Assembly: GCA_045545665.1 (NCBI GenBank)
Contig: JAZQBL010000039.1
Span: 4,149-68,148 of the forward strand
Source of the DNA: Eubacteriales bacterium
GTDB lineage: Bacteria > Bacillota > Clostridia > Oscillospirales > CAG-272
DNA: 64,000 nucleotides
Direction of reading: 5' to 3'
Shown here: positions 9,108 through 16,291 of the stretch, piece after piece
How the letters are laid out: every line of letters starts with the position of its first letter
Position numbering within the stretch: the first letter of the stretch is position 1
Notes under the pieces: generated by a model
The model's database searches: none
Seen by the model: only the letters and a program-made list of their open reading frames with translations
What the model was told of the DNA's origin: nothing
Program-made: the position numbers and the translations under genes

Positions 9108-10520
9108 ATGAGGAAAACAAAAATCATTTGTACGATAGGTCCGTCCAGTTCAGACGAAAAAACAATCACACAAATGTGCAAAGCGGGTATGAATGTTGCG
9201 CGTTTGAACTTCTCCCACGGCACTCACGCAGACCACAAAGAGAAAATAGACCTTATCAAAAAAGTCCGTGAAAAGTTAGAATATCCCATTCCCATTATGC
9301 TTGACACAAAGGGACCCGAATACAGAATAAAGACCTTCCGAAACGGCAAGGTCGAGATCCCCACGGGAAGTACTTTTACCTTTACCACGGAAGACGTGGA
9401 GGGAGATGAAACAAAGGTCTCCGTCAATTACAAAGGGCTGATACACGATCTTGAGGTCGGTGACAAGATTTTAGTCAACAACGGTTTAGTTGTATTCGAA
9501 GTAAAAGAGCTGTGCGAAACCGTTGCCGTTTGTACGACTGTCGTCGGCGGTATTCTCAGTGACAGAAAAAGTATGTCGTTTCCGAACAAGGTAATGTCGG
9601 GACCTTATCTTTCCGAGCAGGACAAGGCTGATCTGCTGTTCGGCATCGAAAACGATATAGATTTTGTTGCGGCGTCGTTTGTATCAACTAAAGAAGACGC
9701 TCTGTCTGTCCGTGAATTTTTAAACGCAAACGGCGGTGCTTCCATAGACTTAATTGCAAAGATCGAAAACCGTGCGGGAGTTGACAACATTGAGGAAATA
9801 TGCGAAGCCTGCGAAGGTATTATGATAGCGCGGGGAGACCTCGGTGTTGAAATTCCTTTCGTAGAGGTTCCCTCTGTTCAGAAATATCTGATAAGCAAGT
9901 GCCGTATGCTCGGCAAACGTGTGATCACAGCCACGGAAATGCTGGAATCCATGATGCAGAATCCCCGCCCGACACGTGCGGAGATATCCGATGTTGCAAA
10001 CGCTGTGTACGACGGAAGCTCTGCGGTTATGCTTTCGGGAGAATCCGCTGCGGGAAAATATCCCGTTGCCGCAGTTGAGAGTATGGCTCAGATATGCGAA
10101 TATACAGAACAGCGTATTGACTATAAAAAGTGGTTCTCCACTTCCGAATTCCGTATCAAAAATAATCTTGATGCCATCTCACACGCGACGTGCGCTATGT
10201 CTATCGACGTAAACGCAAAAGGTATCGTCGTATGTTCCGTATCGGGTACTACCGCAAGAATGGTAAGCCGTTTTCGCAGTCCCGTTGACATCATCGGAAT
10301 GACAACGGATAAAAAAGCCTGGAGAAAGCTTGCACTCAGTTGGGGAATAACGCCTATGCTTTCCGAAAAATTCAACTCTATGTACGTCATGTTCTATAAG
10401 GCTATGGCGTGCGCAAGAATGGCTTTAAATCTCCACCCCGGTGACAACGTGGTATTGACGGGCGGAACTATAAACGGACAGTCGGGAAACACGAACACGA
10501 TCAAGGTAGAGCAGGCTTGA
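9108..10520 (+). CDS. pyk: pyruvate kinase
   Basis: MRKTKIICTIGPSS, NVARLNFSHG, MLDTKGPE, MIARGDLGVEIP motifs. Start set behind GGAGG. Confidence 0.95.
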   Translation: MRKTKIICTIGPSSSDEKTITQMCKAGMNVARLNFSHGTHADHKEKIDLIKKVREKLEYPIPIMLDTKGPEYRIKTFRNGKVEIPTGSTFTFTTEDVEGDETKVSVNYKGLIHDLEVGDKILVNNGLVVFEVKELCETVAVCTTVVGGILSDRKSMSFPNKVMSGPYLSEQDKADLLFGIENDIDFVAASFVSTKEDALSVREFLNANGGASIDLIAKIENRAGVDNIEEICEACEGIMIARGDLGVEIPFVEVPSVQKYLISKCRMLGKRVITATEMLESMMQNPRPTRAEISDVANAVYDGSSAVMLSGESAAGKYPVAAVESMAQICEYTEQRIDYKKWFSTSEFRIKNNLDAISHATCAMSIDVNAKGIVVCSVSGTTARMVSRFRSPVDIIGMTTDKKAWRKLALSWGITPMLSEKFNSMYVMFYKAMACARMALNLHPGDNVVLTGGTINGQSGNTNTIKVEQA

Positions 10521-10597
10521 TCCTGTAAAAATCTGCGCTTTCGATTCGTTGTATATAAAACTTTTTTCAATTTACTGCATTAGTTTTTAAAAAACTA

Positions 10598-10625
10598 TTG
10601 ATTTTTTATAAAAAAGTAGTATAAT
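10598..10625 (+). promoter_or_regulatory. candidate promoter of the antiporter gene
   Basis: TTGATT (10598-10603), 16-nt spacer, TATAAT (10620-10625). Confidence 0.4.
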
Positions 10626-10715
10626 ATTTTTTTGGCATTGAAAATACAGGGGGCAGTGTAAATTATGACAGCCTTACAATGCCTTAAATATCAATTTTGA
10701 AAGAAGGCGTATTTT

Positions 10716-12011
10716 ATGAACCAGACGGCAAGTATTTTTATGAGCCTCTCGATAGCTTTGCTTTCCGGACTTTTATTGTCAAGAGTTGCAAAAAAAGTAA
10801 AGCTCCCTGCGGTTACAGCATATCTTGTAGCCGGCGTTCTCATCGGCCCGTTCATTCTCGGTTCTTTGAACATTCCGGGAATAGGAATTACAACAGAACA
10901 GATCGAAGGATTCGGTATTATTTCGGATCTCGCTCTCGGATTTATCGCTTTTGCTATGGGTAACGAATTCCGTCTTGCCCAGCTTAAAGAGATCGGCAAG
11001 CAGGCTACCGTTATCGGAGTTTTACAGGCACTGTTCACGACTGTTGTTGTGGATGCGGTGCTGATCGGTTTGCACTTTCTTATGCCCGATAAGCTGTCTT
11101 TATCCGCCGCTATTGTTTTAGGCTCCGTTGCAACGGCTACCGCACCTGCGGCAACCTTGATGGTCGTTAAGCAGTATAAGGCAAAAGGACCCGTAACCGA
11201 TATACTTCTTCCCGTTGTTGCTTTGGATGACGCGGTCGGTCTTGTGGTATTTGCTGTTTCCTTCGGTATTGCAAAATCCATAAGTCTCGGAAAGGTTGAC
11301 GTACTTTCAGTTATTCTCGAGCCTTTACTCGAGGTCGTTCTCTCTCTCGGTCTCGGTTTTATTTCGGGACTTCTCTTCACTCTTTGTGAAAGATATTTCC
11401 ATTCACGTTCAAAAAGAATGGCTGTGTCGGTTACGTTCGTTATGATGACGGTTGCCGTATCGTGCCTTAAATTTGATATCGGCGGTATTCACATCGGTTT
11501 TTCTTCCTTGCTTGCTTGTATGATGCTCGGAACTGTATTCTGCAATATGTGCGAGGTATCGGAAGAGCTTATGGACAGAGCCGACAGGTGGACGACACCT
11601 ATTCTAATTCTCTTCTTCGTTATCAGCGGCGCCGAGCTTGAGCTTTCGGTATTTGCCGATTGGGCTGTTGTCGTAGTAGGTATCGTTTACATAATCTCAC
11701 GTTCGTTTGGTAAGTACTTCGGCGCTAACATCAGTGCAAAAATGATGAAATGCGATCCCAACATCGTTAAATATCTCGGCATTACGCTTTTACCTCAGGC
11801 GGGCGTTGCACTCGGTATGGCTATTAAAGCAATCGAGCTCGGACCTGACGGTGCTGTTGTAAGAAATATTACGTTGTTTGCGGTTCTGATATACGAGATC
11901 GTCGGTCCGTACCTGACGAAGATTGCACTTACGAAAGCAGGAGACATCAAAGAAGAAGGACGCACGAGCGCAAGAGAAGAACATCTTGCAAAAAAATCGC
12001 TGAATAAATAA
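10716..12011 (+). CDS. cation:proton antiporter (Na+/H+ exchanger family)
   Basis: 431 aa, about 11-12 TM segments. N-terminus LLLSRVAKKVKLPAVTAYLVAGVLIGP is typical of CPA-type exchangers. Confidence 0.85.
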   Translation: MNQTASIFMSLSIALLSGLLLSRVAKKVKLPAVTAYLVAGVLIGPFILGSLNIPGIGITTEQIEGFGIISDLALGFIAFAMGNEFRLAQLKEIGKQATVIGVLQALFTTVVVDAVLIGLHFLMPDKLSLSAAIVLGSVATATAPAATLMVVKQYKAKGPVTDILLPVVALDDAVGLVVFAVSFGIAKSISLGKVDVLSVILEPLLEVVLSLGLGFISGLLFTLCERYFHSRSKRMAVSVTFVMMTVAVSCLKFDIGGIHIGFSSLLACMMLGTVFCNMCEVSEELMDRADRWTTPILILFFVISGAELELSVFADWAVVVVGIVYIISRSFGKYFGANISAKMMKCDPNIVKYLGITLLPQAGVALGMAIKAIELGPDGAVVRNITLFAVLIYEIVGPYLTKIALTKAGDIKEEGRTSAREEHLAKKSLNK

Positions 12012-12028
12012 GCTGAACAAATAAAATA

Positions 12029-12070
12029 AAAGATACTCTTTTACTTTCAAAGTACAGAGTATCTTTTTAT
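12029..12070. terminator. bidirectional hairpin between convergent genes
   Basis: AAAGATACTCT / AGAGTATCTTT stem with T-run on the + strand. Confidence 0.5.
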
Positions 12071-12465
12071 TTGCTGCGTGTTTCGGATCTTACCACTTTT
12101 GTACCGAAGGTCTTTTCTTCCCAATAAACCAGCTCGGAAAAATATATCTTATCTATGCAAAGACCCTTTAAAAAATAATAGTATCCAACGGAATACATCA
12201 AAAACGCACGTTTGACAAGAATTTTAAAATTGGGAAGACTTCCATCTTTGTTACAAATAACAAGTCCCACGATCTTTTTTCCTATACTTGCATTTCTGAA
12301 TACAATGTCTTTGAAAAAGAGTGGTGTCAAGAATAAAAAGTAAATAAAGAAATTGAGTTCAAAACCAAATTTTATAAAAATATTTTGAAAAATGTAAAAG
12401 AAAACTGCTACAACAAAATCATCTATAAAAGATGCAATTGAACGTTTTACTAAGATCGGCATCAA
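12067..12465 (-). CDS. RDD-family-like small membrane protein
   Basis: 132 aa. KRSIASFIDDFVV N-terminus followed by TM helices and GKKIVGL resembles the RDD domain. Assignment is tentative. Confidence 0.5.
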   Translation of the reverse strand: MMPILVKRSIASFIDDFVVAVFFYIFQNIFIKFGFELNFFIYFLFLTPLFFKDIVFRNASIGKKIVGLVICNKDGSLPNFKILVKRAFLMYSVGYYYFLKGLCIDKIYFSELVYWEEKTFGTKVVRSETRSK

Positions 12466-12578
12466 TAAAACATCCTTTCAAAAATATTTTCTGACCGTAA
12501 TTTTACGAAAGATACGTACATCAAACATCAAAAAGCTTCAACGCCATAATTAGGATAACAAAAATACATTTTATTAAA

Positions 12579-12968
12579 TCACGGTGCTGACAATAAGAAC
12601 CTTGGAGGCTTTCCGCTTTCCTCCTCACCTTGATAATACCCTATTCCTTTTCCGCAATAAATAATGCATATTTCTCCCGTCTGCGCTTTATTTACAGCCT
12701 CTTTCAATGGCAAAACGCCGATATAACTTTCTCCAACAAAATAAACATTTTCAGCTTCACTCAATTGCAGGAGATAATTCCTCATTTTATCACCCGACAT
12801 ATAAGCAATCGGTTGTAAGCATTCTTTTTTGAAATACTTAGGTCCGGCGAAATGCCAAAAAACGGTATTTCTTTTTTCGGAATTATTCAGTTCCCATATG
12901 AATCTGTCCTGTTTTTCCTTCACTATATATTTTCGTATTATTTCTTCTTCAAATTTATAATTTTCCAT
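12579..12968 (-). CDS. hypothetical cytoplasmic protein (possible orphan immunity protein)
   Basis: Start set to MENYKFEEE behind AGGAAG. Overlaps the stop region of the upstream ORF by 14 nt. No recognisable motif. Confidence 0.5.
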   Translation of the reverse strand: MENYKFEEEIIRKYIVKEKQDRFIWELNNSEKRNTVFWHFAGPKYFKKECLQPIAYMSGDKMRNYLLQLSEAENVYFVGESYIGVLPLKEAVNKAQTGEICIIYCGKGIGYYQGEEESGKPPRFLLSAP

Positions 12969-13395
12969 ACTTATACTTCCTGCTGTACAGCAAAACAGTC
13001 TTTGTGTCGCCATTATTTTCGTCTTCTTTTTTTAACCCAACAACATCATATACCAGCAAAGTAATTGCAGTGTCACACAATAAAACAATAAATACCAAAA
13101 AGAACACTACCCACAAGCTGATATATTCTTCGTCCAATTCTGTCTTCTCTGTTTCAATATCGTAATATACCGCAGAATCACTCCTGAGATCTACAATACA
13201 TTTTTCATCAAACAAACGGTCTCTTATAGTTCTGTCATCTACCACTTTTGCTTTCACCGACGTAACGTTTTCCGATAAAAGATCATTTACTATATGCTGT
13301 TCATAATCATACCATAGGTTAAAATTTTTGTCAGCAAAGCACAAAAGAGATTTTTTCACAAAAAGAGACGTCGCTTTTTTAATCAAGTATGTCAT
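12955..13395 (-). CDS. hypothetical protein with C-terminal TM helix
   Basis: 146-aa ORF with hydrophobic segment YISLWVVFFLVFIVLLC. No clear RBS. Confidence 0.4.
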   Translation of the reverse strand: MTYLIKKATSLFVKKSLLCFADKNFNLWYDYEQHIVNDLLSENVTSVKAKVVDDRTIRDRLFDEKCIVDLRSDSAVYYDIETEKTELDEEYISLWVVFFLVFIVLLCDTAITLLVYDVVGLKKEDENNGDTKTVLLYSRKYKYGKL

Positions 13396-13514
13396 TAAAA
13401 AATATCGCCGATGGGGAGCCGCTTCATAAAGAAATGTTCTTCCTGCTTCCTTTTTATATAAAAACTAACACTTTCGGTTTGAAAGCGTTATAGTGGGTTA
13501 CATACTTTTTATTT

Positions 13515-13580
13515 CTTGATATGAATTGCGGCGGAAAAATTCTTTGTCGATCTCATTTATAACACACGTTTTTTAATGCT
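13515..13580 (-). repeat. ectopic 66-nt copy of the 3' end of the TIGR01212 radical SAM gene
   Basis: Aligns with 47563-47629 (2 mismatches, 1 indel). Translates on the minus strand as ..CVINEIDKEFFRRNSYQ, as in the gene at 47540-48508. Confidence 0.85.
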
Positions 13581-13597
13581 TTTTCTTGCGAATTTCT

Positions 13598-13829
13598 TTA
13601 CTCTATAATGATATTCCAAAACTCTCCGCCTCGGTCAACTCTTACAACAGGGTTGTTATCACAGCAAGCAAAAAGATTTTTTTATGTCATTCCCACAGGT
13701 AGCAGTTAAGACGTCTGTTGTATCAGATGAGATAAACCGACCGATCTTAGGATCATAATAACGGCTAGATATATAGTCCGTATCATTATCGCAGTAATAT
13801 CCACGATAACGATCATAATATACAAAGTG
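13598..13829 (-). pseudogene. frameshifted, truncated RHS-core C-terminal fragment
   Basis: Minus-strand frame HFVYYDRYRGYYCDNDTDYISSRYYDPKIGRFISSDTTDVLTATCGNDIKK runs into a stop. After an A7 run the +1 frame reads NLFACCDNNPVVRVDRGGEFWNIIIE-stop (RHS core-end motif). Confidence 0.7.
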
Positions 13830-13910
13830 TTACAACAGTTTAGCCATATTGAACTTAACAACGCCTTTGCGAGAAAACGGTTAGGGGAAACCGATTAACT
13901 AAACCGTTTT
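13736..13910 (-). repeat. 175-bp direct repeat, copy 1 (RHS core-end homology block)
   Basis: 7 mismatches against 15345-15519 by manual alignment. Confidence 0.85.
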
Positions 13911-13994
13911 CTTATCAAAGGCAATTTTGTAACCGCCAAGTTAAAACTTTTTCAAATCACCTACTACAAGGGAAATGAGAGTGCGCTATACCAG

Positions 13995-14115
13995 CCAGCA
14001 AGCATCGCGTTTGGTCACCCAAACACAGACTTGTCAGGAATATTCCTGAAACCTTTAAGTGCTTGGGATTACCCCAACAAACGGCCTTTTGTCCCCAAAA
14101 GGCGATGCTTGCCGG
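13995..14115. repeat. copy 2 of the conserved ~70-nt element with self-complementary flanks
   Basis: Core 14007-14078 is similar to 3763-3833. The 14-nt arms CCAGCAAGCATCGC (13995-14008) and GCGATGCTTGCCGG (14102-14115) are complementary at 13/14. Internal hairpins at 14034-14049, 14062-14076 and 14082-14099. Confidence 0.4.
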
Positions 14116-14140
14116 TATTATGTCCATATCTCAATCTTAA

Positions 14141-14689
14141 TTAATCGCTGGTAAATATTCCACAAAAATATTGTTCTACTGCTGACTGATGTGGAAAATA
14201 AATAGCAATCTTTTTTTTACATTTCTTTAGTGCTTCCTTATATTTTCGCTTACTCCCATTATCAGCCAAGTACAGGATTTCCGCTAGTTCGTTGTTGGGA
14301 TCGTTAGAATAAGCTTCGGAAATCAGATCGTTGCCTGCCTTCTCTACTTCCCTAATATCAGTGCTTACATACGGAAAATCCATTTGGTTTATACACATAA
14401 AATAACCAAATAACCACAAGCAATCAGAATCAGTCCAACATCTTTCTTTTGCAAGTGTATACGCTTTTTCAAGACCTAGCTCGAACACATTTCTATTCAA
14501 TTTATCCTTCGGCATATTACAATGCCAAAATGTTAAAACATACCAACTCTGTGCTGCAAGCCGATATAAAACTGTCTTGTTTTGAGATTGGGAATGCATC
14601 AGATTATTTAAGTACTCTATAGATTCACCCCATTGTTCCTGTTGCTCGTATTTAACTAAAATATCATCGTCATACAATATTGCACTCAT
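14141..14689 (-). CDS. candidate immunity protein of the orphan RHS toxin cassette
   Basis: 182 aa. ATG overlaps the toxin stop (ATGA at 14686-14689). Acidic helical protein with no signal peptide. Confidence 0.6.
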   Translation of the reverse strand: MSAILYDDDILVKYEQQEQWGESIEYLNNLMHSQSQNKTVLYRLAAQSWYVLTFWHCNMPKDKLNRNVFELGLEKAYTLAKERCWTDSDCLWLFGYFMCINQMDFPYVSTDIREVEKAGNDLISEAYSNDPNNELAEILYLADNGSKRKYKEALKKCKKKIAIYFPHQSAVEQYFCGIFTSD

Positions 14690-15438
14690 CTTGTTTTCAC
14701 CCATGCATCCGAGATTCTAATTACGCCATCAATTACGGCATAGTGCACAATAATTTTCTGACCCATGTATAAATATACCGATTCATATATAATTGAAGTA
14801 ACTCCTTTTTTTACCATCTTATTAATTAAGGTTGTTGCACCTTTTTTCAATGCTTGAGATATAAGGTTTTTAACGCCGCTTTGTGTAACATTTTTCAGCA
14901 CAAGATTCCATGCATGCTCTTTGGTAATAATGTGTCCCCATGTTTTTTGAGAAATACTAGATAGTGCTTTATATATAGCTTTTAGTTTAACCCCACTTGT
15001 GGATGTAGCTCCACAAAGGAAACCTACTCCATAACCTACAAAACCGCCAATTCCACCTCCGACAACAGACCCTCCAAGGCCATAGCCGACAACATATTTC
15101 CAGCGATCTTGTTTAGCTACATTATTTTTAACGGCTTTTTTATATCCGTATACTCCTCCAGCAGTTCCTCCAATTAAAGCGCCAATTCCTATTCCAATTA
15201 ACACTGCTGTCGATATTACGAATTCGCCAGTTGGGTCAATATTATTTACTGGATTGTTAGCACAATAAGCATATACATTATACCCTATTAACCCTGCACC
15301 CTCATCAAACTCGCCATTATACACATTGGATTCAGGGATAATCCACCGACCGATCTCAGGATCGTAATAACGGCTAGATATATAGTCCGTATCATTATCG
15401 CAGTAATATCCACGATAACGATCATAATATACAAAGTG
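14686..15438 (-). CDS. start-less orphan cassette: RHS-core C-terminal end plus variable toxin domain
   Basis: The open frame begins directly after a TAA with no ATG or RBS. It reads HFVYYDRYRGYYCDNDTDYISSRYYDPEIGRWIIPESNVYNGEFDEGAGLIGYNVYAYCANNPVNNIDPTGEF. A Gly-zipper hydrophobic segment follows, then a ~105-aa domain (..TWGHIITKEHAWN..VIRISDAWVKTR). Confidence 0.65.
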   Translation of the reverse strand, partial: HFVYYDRYRGYYCDNDTDYISSRYYDPEIGRWIIPESNVYNGEFDEGAGLIGYNVYAYCANNPVNNIDPTGEFVISTAVLIGIGIGALIGGTAGGVYGYKKAVKNNVAKQDRWKYVVGYGLGGSVVGGGIGGFVGYGVGFLCGATSTSGVKLKAIYKALSSISQKTWGHIITKEHAWNLVLKNVTQSGVKNLISQALKKGATTLINKMVKKGVTSIIYESVYLYMGQKIIVHYAVIDGVIRISDAWVKTR

Positions 15439-15519
15439 TTACAACAGTTTAGCCATATTGAACTTAACGACGCGTTTGTGAGAAAACGGTTAGGGGAAAC
15501 CAATTAACTAAACCGTTTT
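15345..15519 (-). repeat. 175-bp direct repeat, copy 2
   Basis: Partner of 13736-13910. Covers ~95 nt of RHS coding sequence plus ~80 nt upstream of the in-frame stop. Confidence 0.85.
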
Positions 15520-15638
15520 ATCTCTTCAAACTATTTTCTATTGTTTGCAATGCAAAATAAACTTAATAAATATCAATATCTTATTCTTAAATTATTCTGA
15601 ATTTTGATACTATTCTCACTACCGATATCATTATGTTT

Positions 15639-16028
15639 TTACACTTGTATTCCGAAAAAATTATTATTTTTTGAGAGATGTATTTTTAAAACCTTTGAAA
15701 GTACATTTAATTCTCTCTTCTGACTCCACAGAAAAAACGGGCGTTCAAATATCCAAATTTTTCTTTCTTTTTCCCAGATATCCGGTTCTATTGTGCAGAC
15801 GTTAATTGGTCGTTCGCTCAACTTTTTCAATTCTGTGCTAAACTGCGAAGAACAGCAATAACTTATTCCTCTTTGAACCTCATCGTAAATCGTAAAACAA
15901 CCGCTGTCATTATAAAAGCTATGTGTTACCACTGTCCAACTTCCATAACAATGGTAAAAAATTTGGCTTTTATATAAAAGATTATAATCTTTTATGAGAA
16001 AATCAAAAATTTCTTCTATTTTTTTCAT
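15639..16028 (-). CDS. hypothetical cytoplasmic protein (immunity-like)
   Basis: 129 aa with a good RBS (GAGGAG, 7-nt spacing). Preceded by a 57-codon start-less open frame (16042-16212). Confidence 0.5.
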   Translation of the reverse strand: MKKIEEIFDFLIKDYNLLYKSQIFYHCYGSWTVVTHSFYNDSGCFTIYDEVQRGISYCCSSQFSTELKKLSERPINVCTIEPDIWEKERKIWIFERPFFLWSQKRELNVLSKVLKIHLSKNNNFFGIQV

Positions 16029-16250
16029 AACAGACTCCTCATCCCAAAAAATGAACTGCTAATTTCCAAAAATTGCGTGTTTTCCAAATACCAACAGTTA
16101 CTTTTTCCATGGCATACCATGCTCCTTTTGTAATAATATCTGTTGGCAGTCCAACATCGATTGTTGTGCTGCTTTCCCATAGGAGTTTCTTTCGCTTTTT
16201 TCTTAAATTATATCAAAAATTTGTGAATTTTTCAATGGTTAGATGCGTTG

Positions 16251-16282
16251 CAAGGCGGTGGCGAATCATCGCCACCGCCTTG
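16251..16282 (-). terminator. GC-rich hairpin after the adhesin gene
   Basis: 13-bp stem CAAGGCGGTGGCG / CGCCACCGCCTTG, 9 nt after the stop. No clear U tract on the minus strand. Confidence 0.4.
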
Positions 16283-16291
16283 CATTCATAA

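Noticed and set aside
10626-10715. Possible riboswitch (for example a Na+ or c-di-AMP class) in the leader of the cation:proton antiporter gene.
   Set aside because: Only one short helix (GGCATTG...CAATGCC) within ~60 nt. This is far too small for the ydaO class, and there is no recognisable conserved core.
10691-11380. 229-aa minus-strand ORF overlapping the antiporter gene. Similar antisense ORFs occur at 30279-30827, 45981-46490 and 62213-63082.
   Set aside because: All are fully contained in well-supported genes on the other strand. Their translations are compositionally odd and carry no recognisable motifs.
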